Positions 44,297 through 55,076 of a stretch of 64,000 nucleotides of DNA are shown here, piece after piece. The position numbers and the translations under genes are program-made. Location of the stretch: sequence record NC_047885.1; one strand, written 5' to 3'. This DNA is from Escherichia phage chee24. The notes under the pieces are model-generated. The model was not told the origin of the DNA. It did not search any database and saw only the letters and a list, made by a program, of their open reading frames with translations. The stretch's first letter is position 1. Every line of letters starts with the position of its first letter.

Positions 44297-45274
44297 ATGA
44301 GAATATTATTTAGTGCTGATCATCATATCAAACTAGGACAAGATAAAGTTCCAAAGGAATGGCAGAAGCGTCGCTTCCTGATGCTAGGAGAACGGTTAAA
44401 TGATATATTCCATAATCATAACTGTGATCTTCATATTGCTGGTGGTGATATACTTGATGTTGCCGACCCGTCGTCAGAAGAAATAGAACTGCTTGAACAG
44501 TTCATGTCAAGACTTGACCATCCAGGCAAAATCTTTACTGGAAATCATGAAATGTTAACTAAAACCATTTCATGTCTGTACCATTATGCGGGAGTTATTA
44601 ATAAAGTAACTAGTGGGAAGTGGGAAGTAATTACCAAACCATATCGTTCCCCTGAATTTGATATTGTTCCGTATGATGAGATTCATAAACCCAAGTGGAA
44701 ACCTGCTGAATCAAAACTATGTTTCACGCATGTTCGTGGTGAAATCCCTCCACATGTAAAACCAGAAATTGATCTAACTAAGTACAACTGTTATGATACT
44801 GTAATTGCTGGTGATTTACATTCTTATACTAATAGCCAGACTATCGGGTCTACTAGACTCCTCTACCCAGGGTCTCCATTAACTACATCGTTCCATAGAG
44901 AACGTACAAAAGGTACAAATGGTTGTTTCATTGTTGATACCGATACATTAAAAGTAGAATGGATTGAACTTGGCGATCTACCTCAGTTGATTCGTAAGAC
45001 AATCGAGGTTGGAGAAGAAATGGAACCGAGTGATTATGATCGTGTAGTCTACGAAGTTACTGGTGACGTTGTTCAATTAAAGTCTATCAAAGACTCTGAT
45101 TTATTAGACAAGAAGATTAACCATCGAGTTACTAAAGATGCTAAGTTAAATCTTGTTGATCTTGATATGTTGGGCGAACTTGAACTTTACTTCCATGAAG
45201 TCGAGAAGCTATCTCAAGGCGACATTGATAGAATCTTGGCTAGAGCTGCGAAATATGTCAAAGATTATAATTAA
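44297..45274 (+). CDS. Mre11/SbcD-like nuclease (calcineurin-like phosphoesterase)
   Basis: Phosphoesterase motifs DHH, GGDILD, GNHE. Confidence 0.75.
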   Translation: MRILFSADHHIKLGQDKVPKEWQKRRFLMLGERLNDIFHNHNCDLHIAGGDILDVADPSSEEIELLEQFMSRLDHPGKIFTGNHEMLTKTISCLYHYAGVINKVTSGKWEVITKPYRSPEFDIVPYDEIHKPKWKPAESKLCFTHVRGEIPPHVKPEIDLTKYNCYDTVIAGDLHSYTNSQTIGSTRLLYPGSPLTTSFHRERTKGTNGCFIVDTDTLKVEWIELGDLPQLIRKTIEVGEEMEPSDYDRVVYEVTGDVVQLKSIKDSDLLDKKINHRVTKDAKLNLVDLDMLGELELYFHEVEKLSQGDIDRILARAAKYVKDYN

Positions 45275-47093
45275 GACACTAAAATTTAGTAACGTTATGT
45301 CTTACGGTAAGGACATCGTAATTCATTTCGATAAGAATCCAGTTACTCAACTAATTGGGGGCAATGGGCTAGGGAAATCCACCATCGCTACGGTTATCGA
45401 GGAATTGTTTTATAACAAGAACTCTCGAGGTATCAAGAAGGATGCATTATTCTCTTGGAATGCCCCTAAGAAAGAATACGATATGCACGCTTACTTTTCA
45501 AAAGATGATGATGAGTATGAGCTGCATAAAGTTGTCAAGTCAACTGCTAAAGTAACGTTGATTAAGAACGGGGAAGATATTAGCGGGCATACTGCAACCC
45601 AAACATACAAGATGATTGAAGAGATTATGGGTGGTGACTTTCAAACATTCACCAAACTGATTTATCAATCAGTGGGTTCCAACCTAGACTTTCTAAAAGC
45701 AACGGATGCAACACGTAAAGCGTTTCTTGTTAACCTGTTTAACCAGGAACAGTACAAAGAAATGTCTGAGACTATCAAAGCTGATCGTAAAGAAGTGGCA
45801 GCCACATTAAGTAATCTGCAGGGCCAAATGGCTGTAATTACGAAAATCCTTAATGGAAAGAATAATCTGGGAACTTTGCAGGAACCTGTAGAAGTACCGG
45901 AGTTTGATGAAGAGCCATTAGCACAAGAACTTACTGAATCGAAAATTAAGGCGGCATTAGCCAAGTCTCAAGAGGCTAATATTACTAAATTGCGTAATTT
46001 GGACAAAGCTGTACAAGTTGCCGAACAATCTTTCGAGCCTTTCAAAAATTTGCCCGCGCCCACTGACCAAAACGAAGAGATCTCAAGTGTTACGCGTGAC
46101 CTAACGATTGTGACCTCACGTGCGGGCGAAGTTAAGAAACGTTATCAGAAGTTCAAGCAAGAGGCTTCAAATACTGAATGCCCTACTTGTGGTACTCATC
46201 TGGATACAACTGCTGCTCAAAAAGCAATGGATATGGCTAGAATAGAATATGATCCTCTGTTCAAAGAGAAGCAATCTCTTGAAGCTAAGCTAGAACAGTT
46301 GAAGAAAGAACAACTTGAGTACGTTGCGTATACTAGAGCAAAGGATGCTTTGGATAAAGCGGTGGTAGCTAGAGACGAGTTCAAAAATTCAATGAGTGAT
46401 GCTTCTTTTGAAGAACTCAATGTGCAAATCCTACAGGTGCAAATCCGACAATTAGAACAGGCAATCGCTGATGGACGTTCTAAGGTTGCAATTGCCAAAG
46501 AGCATAATGCAAATGTCGAATTAGCTAATGCAAAATATAAAGCGAAACTAGAACAGATTGAGAAAGCTGAAGCAGAAATGTCTGAGATTACTTCCAAACT
46601 GAATGGAGTATCAGAAGCTGTAGCTGATCTTGATATTCTAATTGCTGCTTTGAAAAATCTGGTGGGATATAAATTAGAGCATAGTGTGAAAGTATTTGAA
46701 GAACTAATTAATAAATACCTTTCCATTATGACTGGAGGTAAATTCGCACTTGGATTTGAACTTGATGAAACAAAATTACAAGTAGTAATCTTCAATGATG
46801 GAAACCGTACCAGTATGGAGAACTGCTCTACTGGTCAGCAAAGTCGAATTAATTTAGCAACATTGTTAGCGATTCGTATGCTGTTAACATCTATTAGTAA
46901 AGTTAATATTAATCTTCTATTCCTTGATGAAGTAATTAGCTTTATTGATACGAAAGGACTTGATACTCTCGTTGAACTATTAAATGAGGAAGAAAGTCTA
47001 AATTCTATCATTGTTTCTCATGGGCATACGCATCCATTAGCTCATAAGATTACTGTCAAAAAAGATGCAGAAGGATTTTCCTACTTAGAATAA
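45255..47093 (+). CDS. SbcC/Rad50-like ATPase
   Basis: Walker A GGNGLGKST, central zinc-hook-like CPTCG in a coiled coil; start moved to ATG 45255 (track 45153). Confidence 0.75.
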   Translation: MSKIIIKTLKFSNVMSYGKDIVIHFDKNPVTQLIGGNGLGKSTIATVIEELFYNKNSRGIKKDALFSWNAPKKEYDMHAYFSKDDDEYELHKVVKSTAKVTLIKNGEDISGHTATQTYKMIEEIMGGDFQTFTKLIYQSVGSNLDFLKATDATRKAFLVNLFNQEQYKEMSETIKADRKEVAATLSNLQGQMAVITKILNGKNNLGTLQEPVEVPEFDEEPLAQELTESKIKAALAKSQEANITKLRNLDKAVQVAEQSFEPFKNLPAPTDQNEEISSVTRDLTIVTSRAGEVKKRYQKFKQEASNTECPTCGTHLDTTAAQKAMDMARIEYDPLFKEKQSLEAKLEQLKKEQLEYVAYTRAKDALDKAVVARDEFKNSMSDASFEELNVQILQVQIRQLEQAIADGRSKVAIAKEHNANVELANAKYKAKLEQIEKAEAEMSEITSKLNGVSEAVADLDILIAALKNLVGYKLEHSVKVFEELINKYLSIMTGGKFALGFELDETKLQVVIFNDGNRTSMENCSTGQQSRINLATLLAIRMLLTSISKVNINLLFLDEVISFIDTKGLDTLVELLNEEESLNSIIVSHGHTHPLAHKITVKKDAEGFSYLE

Positions 47094-47096
47094 AAC

Positions 47097-47579
47097 ATGG
47101 CTGTAGATAGTAGAGAGAAAGGTAAACGTGGTGAATATCAGGTAAGAGATATTCTACGTGAGCGTACAGGTCTTGAGTGGGAACGTGTTCCTGGCTCTGG
47201 TGCTTTTGGCCAGAGCCACGGACTGAAGGGTGACATCTACCTTCCACCACAAAGCGGACACATTAGTAAATACTGCTTCGAGGTTAAGTGGTATAAAGAT
47301 GATAATATATCAAGTAATTTATTTAATGTTGGTGAATCCACTCTAGAGAAGTGGTGGCAGCAGTGCTCACGTGAAGGCGAGCAGATGAACTCCAAGCCTG
47401 CATTAATATTCAAAAAAGACAGAGGACAGTGGTTAATAGCTTTAGATAGCTCAGACCCGATGGTTGACAACTTAATGAGTCGTACCCATATGGTGTTAAA
47501 TAAGAAAGGCATGGAAATCGTAATCGGTTTATTTGAGCCGTGGCTACATAATGCATCTGTTGAGGACTTAATTAAATAA
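47097..47579 (+). CDS. hypothetical protein (160 aa), possible PD-(D/E)xK nuclease or resolvase
   Basis: GKRGE...D...EVK pattern; weak. Confidence 0.45.
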   Translation: MAVDSREKGKRGEYQVRDILRERTGLEWERVPGSGAFGQSHGLKGDIYLPPQSGHISKYCFEVKWYKDDNISSNLFNVGESTLEKWWQQCSREGEQMNSKPALIFKKDRGQWLIALDSSDPMVDNLMSRTHMVLNKKGMEIVIGLFEPWLHNASVEDLIK

Positions 47580-48454
47580 TGAGCAAATCCTGGGGAAAAT
47601 TTATTGAAGAAGAGGAAGCTGAAATGGCTTCCCGTCGTAACCTAATGATTGTCGATGGAACTAACTTAGGCTTTCGCTTCAAACATAACAACAGTAAAAA
47701 ACCATTTGCCTCAAGTTATGTTTCAACTATTCAATCTTTAGCAAAATCCTACTCCGCAAGAACTACGATTGTTCTAGGTGATAAGGGGAAATCTGTATTT
47801 CGTCTAGAACATCTACCAGAGTATAAAGGTAATCGTGATGAAAAGTATGCACAACGTACAGAAGAAGAGAAAGCACTGGACGAACAGTTCTTTGAGTATT
47901 TGAAAGATGCTTTCGAGTTGTGTGAAACTACATTCCCAACTTTTACCATTCGTGGTGTAGAAGCAGATGATATGGCAGCTTATATTGTTAAGCTCATCGG
48001 GCATCTTTATGATCACGTTTGGTTGATTTCTACCGATGGTGACTGGGATACGTTATTAACGGATAAAGTTTCTCGTTTTTCTTTCACAACACGTCGTGAA
48101 TACCATCTTCGTGATATGTATGAGCATCATAATGTGGATGATGTTGAGCAGTTTATCTCTCTGAAAGCAATTATGGGAGATCTAGGGGATAATATTCGTG
48201 GCGTTGAAGGTATTGGGGCAAAACGCGGATATAATATTATTCGTGAGTTTGGTAACGTACTAGATATTATTGATCAGCTTCCCCTGCCTGGAAAACAGAA
48301 ATATATACAGAATCTGAATGCATCGGAAGAACTACTTTTCCGAAACTTGATTCTGGTTGATTTACCGACGTATTGTGTAGATGCTATTGCTGCCGCAGGG
48401 CAAGATGTATTAGATAAATTTACAAAAGATATTTTGGAGATTGCAGGACAATGA
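47579..48454 (+). CDS. D15: flap endonuclease / 5'-3' exonuclease (T5 D15)
   Basis: Sequence MSKSWGKFIEEEEAEMASRRNLMIVDGTNLGFRF... matches the remembered T5 D15 protein; 291 aa. Confidence 0.9.
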   Translation: MSKSWGKFIEEEEAEMASRRNLMIVDGTNLGFRFKHNNSKKPFASSYVSTIQSLAKSYSARTTIVLGDKGKSVFRLEHLPEYKGNRDEKYAQRTEEEKALDEQFFEYLKDAFELCETTFPTFTIRGVEADDMAAYIVKLIGHLYDHVWLISTDGDWDTLLTDKVSRFSFTTRREYHLRDMYEHHNVDDVEQFISLKAIMGDLGDNIRGVEGIGAKRGYNIIREFGNVLDIIDQLPLPGKQKYIQNLNASEELLFRNLILVDLPTYCVDAIAAAGQDVLDKFTKDILEIAGQ

Positions 48455-48897
48455 TTAAAATTAAATTAACTCACCCAGATTGTATGCCTAAGATTGGCTC
48501 TGAAGATGCCGCAGGTATGGATCTGCGAGCATTCTTTGGTACTAACCCTGCCGCAGATTTACGTGCTATTGCACCAGGCAAATCCTTAATGATTGACACC
48601 GGTGTCGCGGTGGAAATTCCGCGAGGTTGGTTCGGTTTGGTAGTTCCGCGTAGTTCTTTAGGAAAGCGCCATTTGATGATTGCAAACACCGCAGGTGTGA
48701 TCGACTCAGATTATCGTGGGACTATTAAGATGAACCTGTTTAACTACGGTTCTGAAATTCAAACATTAGAAAATTTCGAGAGACTTTGTCAGCTAGTGGT
48801 ACTACCACACTATTCAACTCATCATTTTGAAATCGTTGACGAACTAGAGGAGACTGTACGTGGAGAAGGTGGATTTGGAAGCTCAGGAAGTAAATAA
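48451..48897 (+). CDS. dut: dUTP pyrophosphatase
   Basis: dUTPase motifs AAGMDLRA and IDSDYRGTI; ATGA coupling. Confidence 0.85.
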   Translation: MIKIKLTHPDCMPKIGSEDAAGMDLRAFFGTNPAADLRAIAPGKSLMIDTGVAVEIPRGWFGLVVPRSSLGKRHLMIANTAGVIDSDYRGTIKMNLFNYGSEIQTLENFERLCQLVVLPHYSTHHFEIVDELEETVRGEGGFGSSGSK

Positions 48898-48919
48898 GCA
48901 TGATTATTCAGATCCTAAA

Positions 48920-49129
48920 ATGATAGGTAACTTTGAACATTCAAAAAACTACCACATTGCGGTTGCTGAACCTAACCTAAATAATGTAGTTCTGAAAGTA
49001 GATAATGAAGGCAATGTAATCCATTGGAATGAAGAAGCTTTTGTTGAGCTATGTAGCAAGTCTCAAGATCCTACGCTTAGAGCTATGTTAGCAGTATTTA
49101 ACTTAGGTATTATTGCTGGAAACAGATAA
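48920..49129 (+). CDS. hypothetical protein (about 69 aa)
   Basis: ORF trimmed to the first ATG after the dut stop; weak RBS. Confidence 0.3.
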   Translation: MIGNFEHSKNYHIAVAEPNLNNVVLKVDNEGNVIHWNEEAFVELCSKSQDPTLRAMLAVFNLGIIAGNR

Positions 49130-49136
49130 TAGTAAA

Positions 49137-49168
49137 CCCCAGTGGATTGCCCACTGGGGTTTTCTTTT
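49137..49168. terminator. bidirectional rho-independent terminator at the early/late boundary
   Basis: Perfect 9-bp stem CCCCAGTGG/CCACTGGGG with T-runs on both strands; the minus-strand fibre stop codon lies in the T-tract. Confidence 0.7.
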
Positions 49169-51254
49169 ATTTATCAAGTAACTGTTTTACCAGTTTCTTA
49201 AGCTCATCAATCTCTTGTTGCTGCTTTTCAACAACTTCATTAAGCTCGTTAAAAGCATTAACTAGAAGAGCATTGACACCTGCATGGGAGACACCAAGCA
49301 TACTGTCTTCTTTTTGTGGCTCAATCTTGTACACTGCTTCTGGGAGGACAGATTGCACATCTTGAGCGATAACACCAGCCTCAGTACTGTAAACAGTATC
49401 TTTTTCCTCTTTAAGAGTATTTCTCTTATAATATGTATAGCCTACTAGAGATTTAACCTTATCACGAGCATTCTCAATTTCCTTAAGATCGGCTTTCATG
49501 CGAATATCAGAACTGCTTACCCAGTTACCACCAACAGCATTACCAGCGCTATCAAAACGAAACTCAGCCCCCCTGCAATACATGTTTAACTGTGCACCGC
49601 CGGCACTCCAGCCTACTACATCCATACCGGCTAACCAGTCTACACCCCACATTACGCTTTTAAATACAGAAGATGCAGCATCCAATCCAGTATGTTCTAC
49701 TAGCATTCCTGTAGGTCTTGATCTCCAATCAGTAAATGAACCACCACTAATAGCACCGCTTATTAGTGACCCAGATTCCCCACTTGCAGCCCCCTGTACT
49801 CTAATGGCACCTCGATTAGATATTGCATTAACTAATTGCCCCAAAGCTCCATGAGCTTGCTGCCATACACCCCAAGTACCACCCTCCATAATGCGTACGC
49901 TTACTGAACCTTTCCAAGTTCCTGTAAACATGGTGGCTCTTTGCATTCTATAGTTAGGATCTGGGTGTACTAGAGTCTCTAGGAAAAACCAAGCGTCTTC
50001 CAACCCGTTTATTTGTTGGTATGGTCGGGTACCAACAATATTTCCTCCAGTAGGTGGAACAGTAAACCTACAAGTTACAGCAAGAGTATCAAAGTTAAAT
50101 CCATTTGGGTACTTACCATCCATAGAGGACAAGAGGTCCCACTCTGTTAATTCTAGATTTTTTCTAGCTTGGCCAGCAGAATTAGCCCCCGTACCCCCAG
50201 CTGCAATAGCCAAAGGAACCCAAGTATCAGTATCCTCTTTCCAGCTACCCCATTCCCCATTAGGCCTAGCAGTGATTCTGAATCCAGACCCTGGAGCATA
50301 CATCATAGTCTCAGTAGCACTTTGTTTGAATCTGTCAATATCTAGGTTAGTTCTGGCACCATCCTTAGAATTTGCCCCCGTACCACCGTTAGAGAATTGA
50401 ACAGTAGTTTGATCATTGAACTGCTCCTGCCAGCCCCTCCAGTTGCCTGTACCGTCAAGAACGTTAACCCAAGAACTACCAGACGAGCCAACCGCATGTA
50501 GTACCCCGTATTGGGCAGCACCATTTATATCTATACCGTGGCAGTGAAAATTATATGTCCACCAACCTTCTTGCTTAGAAGGCCCGTTAACTATTAATCC
50601 ACCAGATGAATAATACCCGCTTTGACCTGCAACTGCAACATGGTTTAGAACATCTTCTCCATCAGCTATTTTTTCAGCTAAGGCACCAACCGGAACATTA
50701 AGATTTTTTCTTGCTACTTTTGGAGTAGTTCCTCCAGTACCACCAAATGCAACTTTTAGTGATTGTACTACTGTCGTAGAACTGTCAATTAGACCAAAAT
50801 CCCCATTATCATATATAAATAAAGAATACTTACCATTTGGAGAAGTAACAAAAGTTCCACTATCTTGCTGCCGTAGGCGTTCAACTTGTAAGGCTTTCTT
50901 AGCACCCTCTAACGTAGTAGCACCAGTACCACCCTGAGCAATAGTAATAGCTTTAGTCAGTGCATTTAATTCTGTAATATCGTTATTAGCACCTTTAGCA
51001 GCTTTAGTACCTAAAGTAGTATTAATACCACCTAATGCAGTATTAATATTACCAATTGATTCATTAATACTATTAATAGATGCATCAGTAGCAGCTTTAT
51101 CAGTAGTATATTTAGAAATTTGTAGATATTTGGAAGTTAGTACAACAGCACCAGCCTCTCCATCGACAGAGAAAACACCAGCAACTGCAGCGTCTCTGTT
51201 AACTACTACGTAAGGCGCCATTGCGCCAGATTTAGGCATTAAATTACGTGACAT
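49167..51254 (-). CDS. tail fibre protein with C-terminal intramolecular chaperone domain (LtfB-like, 695 aa)
   Basis: C-terminus SSSDIRMKADLKEIENARDKVKSLVGYTYYKR...GVIAQDV resembles the S74-type auto-cleaving chaperone domain. Confidence 0.7.
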   Translation of the reverse strand: MSRNLMPKSGAMAPYVVVNRDAAVAGVFSVDGEAGAVVLTSKYLQISKYTTDKAATDASINSINESIGNINTALGGINTTLGTKAAKGANNDITELNALTKAITIAQGGTGATTLEGAKKALQVERLRQQDSGTFVTSPNGKYSLFIYDNGDFGLIDSSTTVVQSLKVAFGGTGGTTPKVARKNLNVPVGALAEKIADGEDVLNHVAVAGQSGYYSSGGLIVNGPSKQEGWWTYNFHCHGIDINGAAQYGVLHAVGSSGSSWVNVLDGTGNWRGWQEQFNDQTTVQFSNGGTGANSKDGARTNLDIDRFKQSATETMMYAPGSGFRITARPNGEWGSWKEDTDTWVPLAIAAGGTGANSAGQARKNLELTEWDLLSSMDGKYPNGFNFDTLAVTCRFTVPPTGGNIVGTRPYQQINGLEDAWFFLETLVHPDPNYRMQRATMFTGTWKGSVSVRIMEGGTWGVWQQAHGALGQLVNAISNRGAIRVQGAASGESGSLISGAISGGSFTDWRSRPTGMLVEHTGLDAASSVFKSVMWGVDWLAGMDVVGWSAGGAQLNMYCRGAEFRFDSAGNAVGGNWVSSSDIRMKADLKEIENARDKVKSLVGYTYYKRNTLKEEKDTVYSTEAGVIAQDVQSVLPEAVYKIEPQKEDSMLGVSHAGVNALLVNAFNELNEVVEKQQQEIDELKKLVKQLLDK

Positions 51255-51297
51255 AGTATTTCCTTAGTAAATAGGGGAGAATTACTCCCCTATACTC

Positions 51298-54200
51298 TTA
51301 CTTATTTACCAGAGTAGCCACTAGAGCTTTTAACTCTGCCAGCTCTGCCTTAACGGATTTCAGTTCTTCCTGGGACTCTTCGAACTTTAGAGATAAGTAA
51401 CGAACTGCTAAAGCTGTATCAATAGCAATTGGGTTGATATCTAAGGCTAGAGTATCATCATTGTAATCAATGATCTTACCTTCTACGTTCTCAGTTTCTT
51501 CGTCACAGCAATGATGTTCTGAAGTTTCTATGATAGGAGAACCAGGAACCAGTTTTACGTACTCAGGGTCAATTTTATAAAGATCTTGAGCAATAACACC
51601 ACGGCGTACACGATTATACTTATCTAGTTTATAGATAAATGTGGTAGGTTTAAATTGCTTTATATTCTCATAGGAGGCTAACCCATCATCATAATTAATA
51701 TCTCTTTTGATATCTCTATCTGAAGAAGGGTTCATAGCAATGTCATAGTTACCTCCCCAAGGATCATTACCCCAAGTATATATGCTACCATTTGTTCTAA
51801 AGGTGAATGAACGGTGGAACTGGCCATCCCCATTTAACTTAAGAGCAGCATCAGGCCATGCAGCGTTACCATTAGAAATACATCCAAGCCCAACACGTAG
51901 TGAGTAGCCTCCTGTAGATACAGTACCACCAGAAACAAATGGAGACCAACCACCATCATTATTTATTACAGACTCTGCATGAAATGGGGCACCCATGTAA
52001 TTCCACTCTAAGCCCCAAGATCCTTGGATACACTGACCACGAAAACCTCTTTGAGCAGTTATGTGCCCACCGAAAGAGTTATAGAAGTTAAACTCTTTCC
52101 AATCTGTACCACTATTATTAACTCCAATACGGAGGCAGTCTAAGTCCGGTCCACTACCACGGATACCACCTACTTGCCAGTAACCGTTATACCAGTTACC
52201 CTGTAGTAAGTTAACCCAAGAACCAGCACCAGGGTCATTATTAGGAGTAGGTACAACCATACTAATTTCCCTGTTGCCCCCACCTGTTTGCTGTATATAG
52301 ATTTTTTCCCCGCCTTTGATCCATCCCTGGGCTGTAACATAACCACTTGCAAGGTAGTTAACTGCATGTACATTCTGTAGCCCAGTTAAATCACCATTTT
52401 CTACAAACTGTATATAACGGTTTGCACCATTTAAAGTATTGTTAATATGAAGGGTAATTTTAGCCAAGCCTGATTGCATCTCATGATAGATTCTACCCTG
52501 AGTAATAACATTTTGATCAGATTCCTTTAGCCTATTTAGGTTAAGGATACCACTATAGGGTATACTTTCGGGGTTAGATAGATCTACCCCAGTAAATCTA
52601 GTAGTATTATGATACCCCAATCCAAAGTTATCACGTGCAGCAACTTTATCAGTAGCTCCCGTACCTCCAGAGCCTATAGGCAACGCAGCTACCGTTTCTT
52701 CACCCCTCTTCCAGACACCCCATGTTCCATCATTAGTTATTCTAAACTCATGAATACCAGCAGGGCTCTGGAGGGAATTGAAAGCAGCATCAGCGGGACT
52801 ATCATTACAGAAAACTCCACCAACTTCTAAAGCTTTCTTAGCGGCACCAACTGTGGTAGCTCCAGTACCGCCTTTAGCTAGACTTAAGACACCTTGAGTA
52901 TCCCCATTTAAATCCGGCTTATTAACAGTACCATAAAGAATATTAGTATGAACAGTAGGGTTTTCACCATCTAAACCACCATCATTGATTGCGGCTACAA
53001 ATACTGAGGCACTACCATACGCTGGACAGATAAATGAGTTAGTATCTGCTACTCTGGAATAGAAACCTGCAGCATATGCAGGCAAGCCGTCAAATCCAGT
53101 GTCATTGCGATAATACCCAGAACCAAAGGCTCTCATAGCCTTGAAAAATGATACTATATCAGGTTCATTTAATGCAATACCAGTACCACCTAAACCAAAA
53201 GCACCTCTTAATAAAACCTCGCCATCAGTACCATTCCAAACGTTTTTAGTTACTACATTACCTAGTGCAAGATTTCCATTCTCATCAGGTATAATAGCAC
53301 CATTAACCATCGCTACGTAAGGAAGTTTAATAGCACCAGTATCATCAGCAGGACCAACCCCATTCACAGTAGTAATATAAGGGATTTGTTCTTTGATAGC
53401 ACCAGCATCTTCTTCACCTTTAGTTGGTGCACGGAATGCCTGTCCTTGCATCATATCTGGTAGACGGAAGGTTGTGGAACCATCACCGGTGGAGAAGTAG
53501 AGTGTTGCACCAGCCTGCCATTGTTCTTCCGTAACAGAGGGGATTAAGCCAGCCTCAATAGCTTCCCAAGTATCTGGATAGTCTACACGAAGAACTTCAC
53601 GGCCATCAGCAGGTAGAACACCAGGGTAACCAACACCTGAATCCTTGTTATAAGGGAACCAAGTAACTTCACCTAGCCATAGAGATGGGTTACCACCAGG
53701 AAGGGTGATCTGTACGTTACCTGCATCGTCTGCATGAACGTTGTTAATAGAAACTAGCTTTTGCTCTATTTCTACTAACTCTAGAACAGGAGCTTCAGCA
53801 GTACCAGCAACTTTATACCAACCGTACTTTGAATCAGTTTGATTCCAGACTAGAACCTTTTCGTCTAGCACACGGTTTACAACATCAGCATCAGCTTCTG
53901 CTTTAGTCTTATAAACTTTGATAAAACCAGAAATATCTACTTTATCAAGTTTACTATCAACAATCTGAGTTGCACGATCTGCCTCAGCTTTAGCACGATC
54001 TGCCTCAGTAGTAGCATCGATAGCTTTATCACCGGCTTCAGTAGCAGAACCAGCAGCATTAGTTTCAGAAATCTTAGCGTTTAGTTCTGATTGCTTTGCA
54101 GCAGCAGCATGTTCGCCAGCAGTGGTAGCAGCAGCATCAGCTCCATCTTTAGCTGTTTCAGCACCAGTCTTAGCAGCTTCTGCAGCTGTTTGAGCTTGTT

Positions 54201-54648
54201 GCGCAGCTGTTTTAGCTTGTTCTGCAAGTCTACGACTAGTTTCAGCATTTTGAGCCGCTAATTCAGCAGAATCTCTAAATCCTTTAGACTCTTCCGCCGA
54301 TGTAGCAGATGCTTCAGCACTCTTTTGAGATAAACCAGCTTGTTTTTTAGCTTCGGCCGCAGATGCCGCTGATTGGGTTGCAGATGTTTCAGAAGAAGTA
54401 GCATAGATACTAGCCATGTTTTCTGAATCTTTTGCCTTATTCTCAGAATCTTTAGCAGCAATTTCAGAACCTTTTGCTGCTGCCGCAGAAGCAGCGGTGG
54501 CTTCTACAGCAGCAGTTAATTCACCAGCAGTAATAGAACTAATAGAACTTCCTAAAACTACTGTATATTTAGGATACTTACTAGCAGTAGTTGTAGTGTC
54601 ATCTATGTTCAGGATCTGCTGTACAATAATTTTAGTTTTAAGTGCCAT
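51298..54648 (-). CDS. L-shaped tail fibre protein (pb1/LtfA-like, 1116 aa) with C-terminal chaperone domain
   Basis: Ala-rich coiled-coil N-terminus, Gly/Thr-rich shaft, C-terminal SDRDIKRDI...RGVIAQDLYKIDPEYV. Confidence 0.75.
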   Translation of the reverse strand: MALKTKIIVQQILNIDDTTTTASKYPKYTVVLGSSISSITAGELTAAVEATAASAAAAKGSEIAAKDSENKAKDSENMASIYATSSETSATQSAASAAEAKKQAGLSQKSAEASATSAEESKGFRDSAELAAQNAETSRRLAEQAKTAAQQAQTAAEAAKTGAETAKDGADAAATTAGEHAAAAKQSELNAKISETNAAGSATEAGDKAIDATTEADRAKAEADRATQIVDSKLDKVDISGFIKVYKTKAEADADVVNRVLDEKVLVWNQTDSKYGWYKVAGTAEAPVLELVEIEQKLVSINNVHADDAGNVQITLPGGNPSLWLGEVTWFPYNKDSGVGYPGVLPADGREVLRVDYPDTWEAIEAGLIPSVTEEQWQAGATLYFSTGDGSTTFRLPDMMQGQAFRAPTKGEEDAGAIKEQIPYITTVNGVGPADDTGAIKLPYVAMVNGAIIPDENGNLALGNVVTKNVWNGTDGEVLLRGAFGLGGTGIALNEPDIVSFFKAMRAFGSGYYRNDTGFDGLPAYAAGFYSRVADTNSFICPAYGSASVFVAAINDGGLDGENPTVHTNILYGTVNKPDLNGDTQGVLSLAKGGTGATTVGAAKKALEVGGVFCNDSPADAAFNSLQSPAGIHEFRITNDGTWGVWKRGEETVAALPIGSGGTGATDKVAARDNFGLGYHNTTRFTGVDLSNPESIPYSGILNLNRLKESDQNVITQGRIYHEMQSGLAKITLHINNTLNGANRYIQFVENGDLTGLQNVHAVNYLASGYVTAQGWIKGGEKIYIQQTGGGNREISMVVPTPNNDPGAGSWVNLLQGNWYNGYWQVGGIRGSGPDLDCLRIGVNNSGTDWKEFNFYNSFGGHITAQRGFRGQCIQGSWGLEWNYMGAPFHAESVINNDGGWSPFVSGGTVSTGGYSLRVGLGCISNGNAAWPDAALKLNGDGQFHRSFTFRTNGSIYTWGNDPWGGNYDIAMNPSSDRDIKRDINYDDGLASYENIKQFKPTTFIYKLDKYNRVRRGVIAQDLYKIDPEYVKLVPGSPIIETSEHHCCDEETENVEGKIIDYNDDTLALDINPIAIDTALAVRYLSLKFEESQEELKSVKAELAELKALVATLVNK

Positions 54649-55070
54649 TATTGAGTTACCCCGTCACTTACATAAACCTTTCCTTCCATAATACGGAAAG
54701 AACTGACTTCTGAACCAATAACATCGCGAGTCATTAGAATATCGTAATAACCTGCGAAACGTTGTCTTGGGTTATATTTATCACGCTCTTTGGATGCCTT
54801 AATACCGATATTATTAACATCTCCAACACTAAGGCTAATAGCAGCAGCTCCTTGAGCCGCATCGATTATACGAGTTTTAAAAGTAGCTAAAGTTTCCGCA
54901 TCCTCGTCAAGACTTGCTTTAATCGTTCCACGGAGTGAATAACCTGTTAGATTAACAGGTATTTCAGAGGGAGGGTATACACTATCATCAACATCCATAA
55001 ACTGCATGATAAGACCATAAGGCACTTTCTCATCAACAACAATATCAATTACTCTATTTTCTGTACTCAT
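54648..55070 (-). CDS. p132: tail collar protein (T5 p132-like, 140 aa)
   Basis: Length and position match remembered T5 p132; TAATG coupling. Confidence 0.55.
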   Translation of the reverse strand: MSTENRVIDIVVDEKVPYGLIMQFMDVDDSVYPPSEIPVNLTGYSLRGTIKASLDEDAETLATFKTRIIDAAQGAAAISLSVGDVNNIGIKASKERDKYNPRQRFAGYYDILMTRDVIGSEVSSFRIMEGKVYVSDGVTQ

Positions 55071-55076
55071 TATTTA

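Noticed and set aside
45665-46795. Minus-strand ORFs 45665-45964 and 46217-46795 inside the SbcC-like gene
   Set aside because: Antisense to a gene with Walker A and zinc-hook motifs; Ser/Ala-rich low-complexity translations.
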